From an uncultured Gammaproteobacteria bacterium (lineage in GTDB: Bacteria > Patescibacteriota > Patescibacteriia > UBA11705), in the NCBI GenBank assembly GCA_964592195.1, contig CAZQEI010000002.1, forward strand, positions 13,240 to 77,239: DNA of 64,000 nucleotides, given 5' to 3'. Of this stretch, positions 48,509 to 59,551 are shown piece by piece (position 1 is the stretch's first letter; every line of letters starts with the position of its first letter). The notes beneath the pieces are model-generated. The model had not been told where the DNA came from. It worked only from the letters and a program-made list of their open reading frames with translations, and searched no databases. The translations under genes were made by a program, and so were the position numbers.

Positions 48509-48611
48509 CCCTTCCTCCGTGTGTAAGGGTTGTTTCTCTTGTCAAAGGACGTTCAAAGCTTAGGCTAAAATCGCATTTTTGTCAATATCATTGATCATTG
48601 ACCATTGATCA

Positions 48612-48643
48612 TTTCCGCCATAGGCGGATCCGCCTCCGGCGGA
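48612..48643. repeat. REP-like palindrome doublet
   Basis: ttccgccataggcgga + tccgcctccggcggag. Confidence 0.6.
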
Positions 48644-48711
48644 GATCACGAAAAACTAGCAATTCTTGAACAAAAAATCCTACATTTCTGCAGGATTTTT
48701 TTATATTCGTA

Positions 48712-48737
48712 GATTCCTGCCTGCCGGCAGGCAGGCG
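48712..48737. repeat. REP-like 20-nt palindrome plus a cgtagc tail (a second copy of the 47189 type)
   Basis: cctgcctgccggcaggcagg cgtagc. Confidence 0.65.
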
Positions 48738-48762
48738 TAGCTAATACGTCATTCGTAGCACT

Positions 48763-49899
48763 TTATTCCGTTATTATTATACTAACATGATCAGCCAACG
48801 ACGGCACCTTGGTCACGAAGAACGGTGATAAAGTCACCTTCACAGTTTCAATCTCATCAAAACTGGAAAGATAGAGTTCCACTCCTCGAGTGCTTAACCC
48901 GGCCAACTTGGACTTGTCCAAAATCTTGCTATCAGCTTTCAAAGAAGTTTCACCTTCAGCGTGGATTTTCACGTTAGCAGTCTTTGTTTCCGCATTATAA
49001 TTTTGAACCACGTAAGTTAAATTTTCCATCTTAATACTGCGTAAATCTCGTTCACCAGAAACTAACTGTTTCAAACGAGTAGAAGACGCGGACATAATTT
49101 GATCATTTTTCAATCCGATCAAGGTTACGTTAATTTTTTGTTCCACAGTAAATGTATCTACCATATCATCAACTTTAGCCGAAACTTTTTCATCCACCAA
49201 CTTCTTATCCACAATGACCGCAACAAAATCCTTACCTACTTCAGTATTAAAACGATTAATCGCTTCCGTGTAAATCTTATTCGCCACCGCATCCTTGGCC
49301 ATGGCTAGGTCAACTGACTTCATGACTTTGATGCTACCAGGTTTACTCTTCAAAGTCGCGGCGCTTTCCGCATAAACCACTTTTTGCAAATCTGTTGCTA
49401 AACCGGGAATAGTAAATTTTGACGGTGCCAAAGTTTCAAACGCCGAAGGATTATCAGCATATACATCAGCCATCACACTACCTTTAGCTGGAACGTCAAC
49501 TCTATTTTTTATTCTTAACAACACACCATCAGCTGTTAACAAACGAGTGGTGGCAATCAAAGGTTGACCGACTTCTCGATCGTTGATCAATTTCACTTGA
49601 CCAATCACATTACCTTCTGCGTCCTTGGTGCCAGTTGCATCAAAAGAATCATTTATACTAACTTCTGTGTTAAATAAAAAGCCTTTCAACTTACCCTCAG
49701 CCACAGTTTCTGATTGAGTTTCAATGTCTGCAATGAAATCAGTAGTTACTGAAGATAAACGCGGCTTAATTTCAATCACCGCTCGACTGAACGAGAAGTA
49801 AGAAATCACGAGAATTAACGCGACTGCGAGCACCACAAAAATGGTGATAAATTTTACATACAAATTGGCACCGCCAATTCGCTCCGACCCTCTTGTCAT
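48763..49899 (-). CDS. Membrane-anchored extracytoplasmic protein (378 aa), function unknown
   Basis: N-terminal TM helix FITIFVVLAVALILVISYF. Confidence 0.5.
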   Translation of the reverse strand: MTRGSERIGGANLYVKFITIFVVLAVALILVISYFSFSRAVIEIKPRLSSVTTDFIADIETQSETVAEGKLKGFLFNTEVSINDSFDATGTKDAEGNVIGQVKLINDREVGQPLIATTRLLTADGVLLRIKNRVDVPAKGSVMADVYADNPSAFETLAPSKFTIPGLATDLQKVVYAESAATLKSKPGSIKVMKSVDLAMAKDAVANKIYTEAINRFNTEVGKDFVAVIVDKKLVDEKVSAKVDDMVDTFTVEQKINVTLIGLKNDQIMSASSTRLKQLVSGERDLRSIKMENLTYVVQNYNAETKTANVKIHAEGETSLKADSKILDKSKLAGLSTRGVELYLSSFDEIETVKVTLSPFFVTKVPSLADHVSIIITE

Positions 49900-50093
49900 A
49901 TAGATTTTGTTTTATGTTAAACAATTATATTGAAACAAAATAAGCACCAATAAACAAATTCCAAAATTCAAATACTAAACTTGATAATTATAAAAAACTT
50001 CCATCCCTTTATCTCTTCATTCTCCATTTCTCTTTATTCTCTTATTCTAATCCGTATATCGGTAATATTATATCACATTTTATCCAACTTTGC

Positions 50094-53000
50094 CTACTTT
50101 CTCCTAGTACTCTGTATCTCAACCACTGATCTAGGACCGACTAACGCATCGACTGATTGCTGAAAAGCTAAACAGTTTTTAACTTTGAACTTAGTTTTCA
50201 CTTGTTTCTCCCCCACTTTCAACGTCACTTCTGATTCACCTAGAAAACGCGAAAAAACTGCTTTCAACTTGTCAGCCATTTCTCTAGTGGCATCCGCTGG
50301 ATAGGCAATCATTATCGGTCGGGGTTTAAAGTTACTCGGATGGTAAACCTTCACTCTAGAAATCACCTCTTCTAAATTATTCAAGTTAACTTCCCAGATC
50401 ATACTGGCCAAAACTTTCGGTTCTGCATCCTTCTCACTCAAATTACCATGAACAATCACCATTTTTTCTTCTACTAACAAATCTTGAAATTCTTTATACA
50501 ATTTGGGAAACACCAAAACTTCAATCCCAGTTAAATTATCTTCAATGCGAACGAACAACATGGGTTCGCCCTTGGCGGTAATTATTTTTTTCAACGAAGA
50601 AACCACACCAGCAGTAATAATCGAAGCTCGTTCTTCGTAAGTGTTTCTTTTTATTTCCGTAATGGAAGTAATAATTGGTTCCAATTGTTTGGAATATTCC
50701 AAGTATGGATGTTTGGAAACATACAGTCCCAAAAATTCCTTTTCCCATGAGAGCTTTTGTTTATCTGATGCTACTTCATATTCAATCAAACTCAAAGTCG
50801 GTAAATTCTTTTCTTGACCAATAGAAAATAAGTTCGTTTGTTTATTGTTTTCTTCTTCTTCAACTGCTTTAATAAATCTCAAAATGCGATCAATATTCTC
50901 CAATGCCAAGTTCCGTTCCACAAAAGAATCTAACGCTCCGCATTTCACCAAACCTTCAATTGATTTCTTATTTAAATCCTTAGACTTAACTCGAATTAAC
51001 ATGTCTTCCAAATTTTCAAACTTACCAAACTCTTTTCTTTCGTGAATAATGGATTTCACAATATGTTCACCCAGATTTCTAATTGCTTGTAATCCGAAAC
51101 GAATAGTTGGCTTACCAGCCTTCAAACTATCTGCGACAACTGTAAATGTAGTAAAACTTTCATTTATGTCTGGGGGTAAAACTTCAATCCCCATTTGTTT
51201 ACATTCGTCAATTTCAATCGCCACCCGATCCATATCTTGTTGATCGCTAGTTAACAAAGATGCCATAAACTCCGACGGATAATTAGCTTTCAAATACGCA
51301 GTTTGATATGCCACCAGAGCATAACAAGCGGCATGGGACTTATTAAAACCATACTCAGCAAATTTCTCCATGCTGGTAAATGTTTCTATGGCCAACTCTT
51401 TGGTTAAATTATTTTTCACACAACCTTCCACGAAACTGACTTTCATTTTTTCCATTAACTCCACATTCTTCTTTCCCATCGCTTTACGCAAAGTATCAGC
51501 TTGACCACCGGTAAAGCCAGCCATATCTTTGGACAATTGCATGACCTGTTCTTGATAAACAATCACGCCATACGTATTTTTCAACGAATTTTCCATAATT
51601 GGGTGCGGATAAGTTACCTTTTTCACCCCATGTTTACGATCAATAAATTCTTCCACCATACCGGAATTCAACGGACCAGGACGATACAACGCCACCATAG
51701 CGATTAAATCTTCAAAGACTGATGGTTTTAATTGTTTCAAATAACGTTTCATACCACCGGACTCAAATTGAAACACACCGGTTGTTTTACCATCTTGAAA
51801 CACTTTATAGGTTTTTTCATCTTCCAAAGGCAAAACATTCATGTCGATTTTCACGCCGTGAATTCTCTCAATAATCTCTGTCGCATTTTGGATAATGGTT
51901 AAGTTCTTTAAACCGAGAAAGTCCATTTTCAAAAGACCAAGATCTTCCACCGGATGCAATGAATATTGAGAAACTGTATCTTCGTCACTCGAAGCCGCAT
52001 ATTGCACCGGAGTATATTCAATTAACGGCTTCGGCGTAATCAAAATACCGCAGGCATGAGTAGATGAATGACGAGCCACGCCTTCAAGCTTACGCGCGAA
52101 GTCTAACAACCGGCGAGCATCACTATTACTATCGTATAAATCTTTTAATTCAACATTTTGAGTGATCGCTTGTTCCAACGTCATTCCCATAGGCACTAAC
52201 TTTGCCACTTTATCACAAAAAACATAGGGTAAATCCAATACCCGACCAACATCTCGCAAAGCCGCCCTAGCTGCCATGGTTCCAAACGTAATAATCTGGG
52301 AAACTTTATCTTTCCCATACTTGCCTTCCACGTAACGAATAACATCAGAACGTCGAGTATCAGCGAAGTCGGTATCAATATCAGGCATGGAGATACGATC
52401 AGGGTTTAAAAATCTTTCGAAAAGCAAATCATAGGGTAATGGATCCAAGTTAGTTATTTGCGTTAGATACGCGACCAAACTTCCGGCCGCCGATCCACGT
52501 CCTGGGCCAACAACGATACCGTTATTTTTCGCCCAAACAATAAAGTCCTGGACAATTAAAAAGTAAGCTGAATATCCAGTTTTTTCAATGACGCTCAACT
52601 CGTAATCCATGCGTTCAATAATCTTTTTTTGTTCATCATTCTGCGGTGAAGCATATTCAAAACCATAGCGGAATCGTAAACCTTCATAACATTGATCCGT
52701 TAAATATTCAAATGGTGTTTTTCCACCGGGAACATTAAAAGTCGGCAGTTGTAATTTACCAAGTTCCAGTTCCAAATTACATAACTCTGCCACCTTAACT
52801 GTATTATCAATCACTTCCAAATTACCCCGAAAATAATTCACCATCTGTTGTGTCGAATACAAAGAAAAATCTTCACCCAAATAACTCATGCGATCTTTAT
52901 CGGAAATTTTCTTTTTGGTTTGCAAACAAATCAAAATATCATGCGCTTCCGCGTCCTCAGTGTTTATATAATGCACATCATTGGTCGCCACAATCGGGAT

Positions 53001-53618
53001 CCCAAGTTTTTTACCCACTTCAAAAACTCTATCGTTAACAATCTTTTGCGCTGGTAAATTTGGATGATATTGCACCTCGAGATAATAATTACCTTCACCA
53101 AACAGTTCCAAATAACGTAATGCCACCTTTTCCACATCATCTCTTTCTTTTTTCAAAACCGCTTGTCCTATCTCCCCTTGCATACACGCAGACAAACAAA
53201 TAATGCCCTCTTTGTATTGTTTTAATAAATCCCAATCAATTCTCGGTTTATAATAAAAACCATCCAAATGCGCAATGGTGGTTAATTTGATTAAATTTTG
53301 ATAGCCTTCCAAATTTTTGGCTAATAAAATCACATGGTAGCGTTTCTCTTGTCCCGCGACTTTAACAGTATGCCCAGTTTCCGCAATGTAGGCTTCCACG
53401 CCAATAATGGGTTTAATCCCAGCTTTTTTACACTTTTGATACATTTCAATGGCACCGTACATCACGCCATGATCAGTAATAGCCAAAGCTGGCATGCCGT
53501 CTGCGGCTGCTTTTTGGACTAAGTCCTCCACCTTGGCCAAACCATCCAATAACGAGTAGTGGCTGTGGACATGCAAATGCACAAACTTCCTATCGCTCAT
53601 ATGTAGACAGTTTAGCAA
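50094..53618 (-). CDS. dnaE: DNA polymerase III alpha subunit
   Basis: 1174 aa with the PHP domain HLHVHSHYSLLDG at its N-terminus. Confidence 0.9.
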   Translation of the reverse strand: MLNCLHMSDRKFVHLHVHSHYSLLDGLAKVEDLVQKAAADGMPALAITDHGVMYGAIEMYQKCKKAGIKPIIGVEAYIAETGHTVKVAGQEKRYHVILLAKNLEGYQNLIKLTTIAHLDGFYYKPRIDWDLLKQYKEGIICLSACMQGEIGQAVLKKERDDVEKVALRYLELFGEGNYYLEVQYHPNLPAQKIVNDRVFEVGKKLGIPIVATNDVHYINTEDAEAHDILICLQTKKKISDKDRMSYLGEDFSLYSTQQMVNYFRGNLEVIDNTVKVAELCNLELELGKLQLPTFNVPGGKTPFEYLTDQCYEGLRFRYGFEYASPQNDEQKKIIERMDYELSVIEKTGYSAYFLIVQDFIVWAKNNGIVVGPGRGSAAGSLVAYLTQITNLDPLPYDLLFERFLNPDRISMPDIDTDFADTRRSDVIRYVEGKYGKDKVSQIITFGTMAARAALRDVGRVLDLPYVFCDKVAKLVPMGMTLEQAITQNVELKDLYDSNSDARRLLDFARKLEGVARHSSTHACGILITPKPLIEYTPVQYAASSDEDTVSQYSLHPVEDLGLLKMDFLGLKNLTIIQNATEIIERIHGVKIDMNVLPLEDEKTYKVFQDGKTTGVFQFESGGMKRYLKQLKPSVFEDLIAMVALYRPGPLNSGMVEEFIDRKHGVKKVTYPHPIMENSLKNTYGVIVYQEQVMQLSKDMAGFTGGQADTLRKAMGKKNVELMEKMKVSFVEGCVKNNLTKELAIETFTSMEKFAEYGFNKSHAACYALVAYQTAYLKANYPSEFMASLLTSDQQDMDRVAIEIDECKQMGIEVLPPDINESFTTFTVVADSLKAGKPTIRFGLQAIRNLGEHIVKSIIHERKEFGKFENLEDMLIRVKSKDLNKKSIEGLVKCGALDSFVERNLALENIDRILRFIKAVEEEENNKQTNLFSIGQEKNLPTLSLIEYEVASDKQKLSWEKEFLGLYVSKHPYLEYSKQLEPIITSITEIKRNTYEERASIITAGVVSSLKKIITAKGEPMLFVRIEDNLTGIEVLVFPKLYKEFQDLLVEEKMVIVHGNLSEKDAEPKVLASMIWEVNLNNLEEVISRVKVYHPSNFKPRPIMIAYPADATREMADKLKAVFSRFLGESEVTLKVGEKQVKTKFKVKNCLAFQQSVDALVGPRSVVEIQSTRRK

Positions 53619-53681
53619 TTTTCCCGACTTAACTCAACAGGTGTCATTAACAGTTCAAAATATTAGGATTATTCATATTTT

Positions 53682-53729
53682 GATCCGTAATATCCGTAAA
53701 ATCGGTAATCAATCAGTATATCAGTAATT
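53682..53729. repeat. 10-bp-periodic ATC(C/G)GTAAT array in the dnaE 5' region
   Basis: GATCCGTAATATCCGTAAAATCGGTAATCAATCAGTATATCAGTAATT. Further upstream, (GATAAGCAA)x3 with TAAGCGAGATAAG lies at 53740..53790. Confidence 0.65.
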
Positions 53730-53796
53730 TAAAAATCGCCGATTTCTCGACGACTTTCTATTCTTTTACTTATCTTGCTTACATTGCTTATCTCGC

Positions 53797-55794
53797 TTAT
53801 TTAAACTCAACCGTAAACAACTCATCCTTCACCACTGATTGCTGACTTTGAATTTTGTTCAACACCTTATCCCCTTGAGCAAATAATTTGATCGGGCGTA
53901 AAAAGTTCAGATCAAAGTTTATGTTCAACGCTTGAACACCGGGTTGTTTTTGTAAATTTAACTGGTAACTTTGCTTTTCAAGCTTATCTTTTAAAGTGGC
54001 TGGTAAAGTATATTGATAGGTTAAAGTGGTCGTTTTCCCTGGTTCCACTTCAAAATAATAACCAAATGATTGCTTGCCCAATTCATTAACATAATCAACC
54101 AGTTTAATATCAACCACTTTACCATTTACCACAAATGATTTTAACTGAGAATCTTCCGGTACATATACCCGAGTATAAGTTTGATATCTGGTAGTTTTCC
54201 AGTCAAATCCCGCAGTGTGGTGATAATTTAAAGTTAAAACCGCATTTAAACTATCCTTACTTTCATTTAACTGGTAAGTATAGCTCTTCTCCATAACTCT
54301 ATCTGTCTTTAAGGCGGCCAAATTGGCATCGATAATCATCAAATAGTCATTTTCAGTTCCAATTACATTACCAGCCCATTGCCTACCCTCTACTACGCTT
54401 TGTACTTGTTGATTATTAAAATTAGTTAACAAGTACTTCTCATCCAAATTTTTCTTAATTGTCCAGGTCACATCTTTCCACTGATTAGAAGGCAAAGCGT
54501 AAAGTCGCGTTTCCAATTCTTTGGCCAAATCACCTATTAACTCTTTACGAGCCGAAGGTTCAATTCCACGACGGTAAAATCCAGATTCCACCTGATATTG
54601 CAATTCATCGGTAAAATTATCTTTGTTAAAAGTTAACCCATCCACCTGTATTTCACCCACTAAACCAAGTAAGTCTTCGAACACATTAGGGTTAACAGCG
54701 ATTACTCCATCAAATTTTTCTTTTCCACCTTCCAACTTATACAATTCCTTAATCTTTTGCACTGAAGTAGGAAAATCTGGTGACCAATTGGCGTCGCGCA
54801 CAAACCACTTGCCAATACCCAAGTATTTTATAATTGGATCCGGAGGTATAGCACTCATATATTTCTCAGACGGAAAATCCAAATTATAAATATTATCAGT
54901 GAAGAACGAGGTAATCGAACCATCTTTAATGCGAACTACTCCATATGTGCCAATGAAACCGCCGGTTGGACGTAGCTCATCATTGTTTTGCATTAAAAAT
55001 AAATAAACTTTTTCTTTTTGATAACCAAGCATTTCCGGTGCGATTTCCGCGGCTAATTTAATACTATCAAAACTATCATATAACGTTGGCAAGACCTGAC
55101 TCAAATCATTAACTATCGGCCCCCAAATAAATGAATTTTTTGCAGTTTGCAATCTTTGCCATGCTCCTTGCGAACCAGCTACTTGAAAATTCGCTTGCTC
55201 CAATCTATCCCCCAAAGTTTTCAATTCACCCAACAAGGCAGAACGCTCAGCTTGATTCAAATCTTTCAAGCTTAAATCTTGGCGATTTAAAATTTTCATC
55301 ACTTGTGAACCAAACTCTGCGCCATCCAACAATATATCATTTGTACTACGACCAATTAACAATAAATCGTTTAAATGAGTTACTTGTTCGTTCACTATTG
55401 GCAAGGATGAAATTGGATTTGTATTAATCTTGGTAATTGCTTCATCAGCTTTAACGAAACTATCTTCTGATGCCTGCAAATCTACCTTGGCTGCGTTGAA
55501 ATCATTCTTGGCAAAATTATCTTTGGCCGAAAGAATCTTTTGTTTCGCAGTCTGCAACTCAATCTTGACCGTTTGCGTTGGCCCCCAATAAATAGCCAAA
55601 GTAATTCCGCCTAAAATTAAGGCGACTAAAATCAAAGCTCCTAAACTTGTTGCCAAAATTAAAAAAAAGCGTTTGACACGCCCCTTGGTTGCCCCCCCTT
55701 GATCAATTTTCACCTCTGAATTATGTTGTTCCTCCATATTTTTTTTGTTTTTAGAACCCATCTTAAAAATAATTTCGTTACGAAATTTAGGCAT
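53797..55794 (-). CDS. Single-pass membrane protein with a large extracytoplasmic domain (665 aa), possibly DUF4012-like
   Basis: N-terminal TM helix, then a long coiled and beta-rich region. Confidence 0.4.
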   Translation of the reverse strand: MPKFRNEIIFKMGSKNKKNMEEQHNSEVKIDQGGATKGRVKRFFLILATSLGALILVALILGGITLAIYWGPTQTVKIELQTAKQKILSAKDNFAKNDFNAAKVDLQASEDSFVKADEAITKINTNPISSLPIVNEQVTHLNDLLLIGRSTNDILLDGAEFGSQVMKILNRQDLSLKDLNQAERSALLGELKTLGDRLEQANFQVAGSQGAWQRLQTAKNSFIWGPIVNDLSQVLPTLYDSFDSIKLAAEIAPEMLGYQKEKVYLFLMQNNDELRPTGGFIGTYGVVRIKDGSITSFFTDNIYNLDFPSEKYMSAIPPDPIIKYLGIGKWFVRDANWSPDFPTSVQKIKELYKLEGGKEKFDGVIAVNPNVFEDLLGLVGEIQVDGLTFNKDNFTDELQYQVESGFYRRGIEPSARKELIGDLAKELETRLYALPSNQWKDVTWTIKKNLDEKYLLTNFNNQQVQSVVEGRQWAGNVIGTENDYLMIIDANLAALKTDRVMEKSYTYQLNESKDSLNAVLTLNYHHTAGFDWKTTRYQTYTRVYVPEDSQLKSFVVNGKVVDIKLVDYVNELGKQSFGYYFEVEPGKTTTLTYQYTLPATLKDKLEKQSYQLNLQKQPGVQALNINFDLNFLRPIKLFAQGDKVLNKIQSQQSVVKDELFTVEFK

Positions 55795-55879
55795 TTACGA
55801 GCGAAAATTATGAAAAATGAGGAGACATAATGGTGTTATGTCGACGAGTTTTGAATAATTTGCAGCCGGAAATGACAAA

Positions 55880-56728
55880 TTACAGTAGAAATTTATTTTT
55901 AAGATGGGTTCTACGATGTTTAATTTCAAACTTTATCCAACTTTTAATATGTTGTCTGGTCAGCGGATTGGTAAAAACTTTCAATAAACCTCCGTTACTC
56001 ATTTTACCATGTAGATGAATAACCGCTTCCGTGCCAAAATAAACTACCTTTAAATTATTATTCCACAAACGACGGCACAAATCAGTGTCCTCAAAATACA
56101 TAAAAAAACTTTCATCAAAACCACCGACTTGAGTAAAGATTCGTTTCGGCATTATAAAACAGGAACCTTGCACCCAATCCACTTCTTTTATAGTTGTATG
56201 ATCAAAATCTTTCATTAAAAAATCATCCAAATGTTTACGAACAGAATTAAAGCGTTCAGCAAAACTAAATCTTCTCCACAACGGAGTTAACCAACCATAC
56301 CAGCGGTAACAAGTATATTGCAAAGATTTATCTGGGTTAACTAAACGCGGCGCCACCAACCCCACTTGAGGGTTAGCTTGCAAGTAACGGTACATATTTT
56401 CAATCGCCGACTTGGTCACGTAAATATCGGGATTAAGAATCAGAACATAACGACCATTGGCCGCTTTAATACCAACATTATTCCCACCACCCATGCCAAG
56501 GTTTTTTTTGGTTTGAAGATATTTAACCTCAGGAAACTCAGCTTTTACCAACTCCTCAATTCCATCGTTTGAATCATTATCAACAACAATTAATTCATGA
56601 GGAATATCAATTCCAGCTTCATACCAGGTACGCAAACAGTTTCGGACCAACCGTTTCATTTTATAACTAAGAATAATAACTGAGAGGTCCATATTTAACG
56701 AAAGAATATTATTTAAACCAAAATTCAA
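55880..56728 (-). CDS. Family 2 glycosyltransferase
   Basis: VVDNDSNDG ... D.D motifs. Confidence 0.65.
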   Translation of the reverse strand: MNFGLNNILSLNMDLSVIILSYKMKRLVRNCLRTWYEAGIDIPHELIVVDNDSNDGIEELVKAEFPEVKYLQTKKNLGMGGGNNVGIKAANGRYVLILNPDIYVTKSAIENMYRYLQANPQVGLVAPRLVNPDKSLQYTCYRWYGWLTPLWRRFSFAERFNSVRKHLDDFLMKDFDHTTIKEVDWVQGSCFIMPKRIFTQVGGFDESFFMYFEDTDLCRRLWNNNLKVVYFGTEAVIHLHGKMSNGGLLKVFTNPLTRQHIKSWIKFEIKHRRTHLKNKFLL

Positions 56729-57692
56729 CTTGCTCTCGACTGATTTGTTTTTTTGACATGATAAAAGCCCGCTTCTCCTTCATCTTTTTCCAGTTTTTAA
56801 AAACAATTGACCAAGCGCGTAAGGTTCTTGTTTCAACAAATAAGATGAAAACAAATTTAACTAATTCATAACAAAACACTGATACTGAGTTAACTATGCC
56901 TCCTGGGAAATTCTTGATTAATAAATAAATTTGATTTCTATAAGAATGATAATTGGCAAACTTTGATTTTCGTTTACGATTCTTCGCTGTATCCCAAGCC
57001 GTCATCGTGGCCACGGGGGAACTAACCGTGCGATCATGGTAAGCAATCGCAGACGGAACACAAAACGCTTGCCAACCGTTATATCTCAAACGATAGGCCA
57101 TATCCACATCTTCTTTGTAACTGAAAAAATCTTCGTCAAAAAACTCTTGGCCGTACTGTACGCTCTCAAGGGCTGCACGCCGATAAATCGGCACCGCGCC
57201 GGAAACACCAAACATTTCAGTGATTACATCATACTGACCTTCATCTTGTTCTCCCGCGCCCCAATCAACCACTTTATGATTACGAGAAATTTTAAAACCC
57301 AGAGAATCAATATATTTGGTTTGTTGTTGATCTTGCCAACGAAGGATTTTACCAGCCGCGCTCCCCACCTTGGGATTGGCATCTAAGTAGGCAATAATTT
57401 TTTCCAGATAATCAGGCGCTAAAATCACATCCTGATTCAAAATTAACGCGTATTCAGCTTTGTTCCAATGAATCGCTTGATTGTGCGCCTTGGAAAAACC
57501 TAAATTTTGTTTATGACGAACCACCCGCAATTGAGGATATTTTTCATTAATAATATCGACGGTATCATCGGTCGACCCGTTATCTATAAGTAACAAATTA
57601 AAATCTTGAAAAGTCTGATTAAAAACCGAATCCAAACATTCTCGGATATAATTCGCACCATTCCATGTGACTAAGTTTATTGCGACACGCAT
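56709..57692 (-). CDS. Family 2 glycosyltransferase
   Basis: LLLIDNGSTDDT. Confidence 0.65.
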   Translation of the reverse strand: MRVAINLVTWNGANYIRECLDSVFNQTFQDFNLLLIDNGSTDDTVDIINEKYPQLRVVRHKQNLGFSKAHNQAIHWNKAEYALILNQDVILAPDYLEKIIAYLDANPKVGSAAGKILRWQDQQQTKYIDSLGFKISRNHKVVDWGAGEQDEGQYDVITEMFGVSGAVPIYRRAALESVQYGQEFFDEDFFSYKEDVDMAYRLRYNGWQAFCVPSAIAYHDRTVSSPVATMTAWDTAKNRKRKSKFANYHSYRNQIYLLIKNFPGGIVNSVSVFCYELVKFVFILFVETRTLRAWSIVFKNWKKMKEKRAFIMSKKQISREQVEFWFK

Positions 57693-57767
57693 ATTTAAAA
57701 CAAATTCTAAATCCTAAATACTAAATTCTAAAGAGGGTATCTTAAAATGAATTTCCATCTCTTAACT

Positions 57768-57797
57768 CTCTTTTCAGCCGAAGGCTGATCCGCCTTT
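57768..57797. repeat. REP-like palindrome doublet (diverged first arm)
   Basis: cagccgaaggctga + tccgcctttggcgga. Confidence 0.5.
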
Positions 57798-57832
57798 GGC
57801 GGAATTCTCATTTTCTCTTTATACTCTTCTGA

Positions 57833-59320
57833 CTATCGCGGCTTCGGCGTCACCCAAAACCCCAAATGATATTTCTTACCCAGCATCAAACGAGTTTGCG
57901 CTTCGATGGCGGGGATTGCGCCAAAGATGATTAAAGTAAAAGGTAACAATGCCCACTGTAAAACCATAATCAACCACTTATTTTTCGGCGCATGTTTGGG
58001 TCGACTGGGCAAAACTAAGAAACTGAAAAAAGCTGACACAAATAAACCGAGCATGGATAAAGTCATAATCCATTCGAGCACAAACGGAGTATTCTGAACT
58101 AAAACTGAAGATGATTGTGCTCCTAAGCCGGCTATGAATAACGGTAAACGACCAAGAATGAAAATTAAGATCGGAGCCAACGCCCAAGAGAACATGCCTT
58201 CCATTAAATTGAAAGTGTATTTAAACTTTTTCAACCAGGAGATTTCCGGATGTTCTTGGAACTGTTGCATCATATAGGGGAAATGCTCAACTCCCCAGGC
58301 CCAACGACGTTGTTGTTTATATAAATTGCGCGCGCTTTGCCACAAAGAATCAGCCATCACGCTATCCATAGACACAGGAATATAGATTGGTTCCACTTTG
58401 AATTGACCATTGTAACGGAAAAAACCTTGTAAGAAAATTCTTGAATCATCGGTCACAATATCTTTTTGCCAGAATCCAATATCCACTAAAGCCTTGTATG
58501 GCATAGCGTGGGATGAAAATGTATACATTCTTTCCGGGCGAATTAACTCGGCCATCAACCAAAATACTGTTCCGAACGCTGTGATACGCGTAATAGCCGG
58601 CGCTTCCCAAATGTTATTATTGTAAACCACTGCCGGTTGATAAGCTTTATGCAAAGGATCTTCTACAGTTAAATATTTGTAAGTTAAATTGGCAAAGTAT
58701 TCTGGATGCACGCAGGTATCAGAATCAAAGTATGAACAAATAATATCTTCATATTTCAAGCCTAAACGATCAATTTCTTTTTTACCTTCATTACCACCAT
58801 AATGCGCGTTTGCTCCCTTGCCCTTCATCTCCCCTTCCAATCCATCTGGGTGTAACGAAATTATTAAATGAAAAAATACTTTTTCATACTTGGCTTTTAT
58901 TTTTTCTACATTGGCCAAAAAACTTTCCTTACATCTTTCTTCTCCGGCCAAATGAACAATCATTTTGTTCGTAGGATAATTACTTTGAACAAAACTATTT
59001 AAAGTAGTATCCAAAACTTCAAATGGTTCAATAGATGTTGGCAAAATAATATAGTGATAAATATTTTCCCATGGTAATTTATCAGTCTTCAACTTTTCTA
59101 ACCAATTGATCTTCACTTCATTATCATGCAATTTCCAAGCAAAAAATAATAAAATGGAAAAATGGGCTACCCGCAGAAACCAAAGTAAGTCGTAGGCAAT
59201 GATAAAGTAAATTACCCACAAGGGTCGAACAAATGACAAAACCACAGACAAAATCAAAGCCAGCCAGACCAACCCGCCTGGGATTAATTCTAAAAGTCGC
59301 TTTTGTCTATTTTTGTTCAT
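57833..59320 (-). CDS. Membrane-embedded processive GT2-like glycosyltransferase (495 aa)
   Basis: N- and C-terminal TM helices; QQRRWAWG (QxxRW) motif. Confidence 0.6.
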   Translation of the reverse strand: MNKNRQKRLLELIPGGLVWLALILSVVLSFVRPLWVIYFIIAYDLLWFLRVAHFSILLFFAWKLHDNEVKINWLEKLKTDKLPWENIYHYIILPTSIEPFEVLDTTLNSFVQSNYPTNKMIVHLAGEERCKESFLANVEKIKAKYEKVFFHLIISLHPDGLEGEMKGKGANAHYGGNEGKKEIDRLGLKYEDIICSYFDSDTCVHPEYFANLTYKYLTVEDPLHKAYQPAVVYNNNIWEAPAITRITAFGTVFWLMAELIRPERMYTFSSHAMPYKALVDIGFWQKDIVTDDSRIFLQGFFRYNGQFKVEPIYIPVSMDSVMADSLWQSARNLYKQQRRWAWGVEHFPYMMQQFQEHPEISWLKKFKYTFNLMEGMFSWALAPILIFILGRLPLFIAGLGAQSSSVLVQNTPFVLEWIMTLSMLGLFVSAFFSFLVLPSRPKHAPKNKWLIMVLQWALLPFTLIIFGAIPAIEAQTRLMLGKKYHLGFWVTPKPR

Positions 59321-59459
59321 ATTTCTTTGACCTTAAATTCAATTACATTTAGAGACTGCCACGCCCCTCGATAACCTCGGGGCTCGCAGAGGAGTGAACT
59401 CTTTTGCGAGGAATGCAATGACGAAGCAATCTCATTACAACTTGCTTTCTTGTTTTATT

Positions 59460-59492
59460 GTCCCGCGGAGACGGGATCCCGCTTCGCGGGAC
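59460..59492. repeat. REP-like palindrome doublet; more hairpins lie at 59340..59400
   Basis: gtcccgcggagacggga + tcccgcttcgcggga. Confidence 0.5.
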
Positions 59493-59551
59493 TTTCTTGC
59501 TTTATTAAAGGATCCGTAGCTCTAAAATATTATCTAATTTAACCAAAAAAG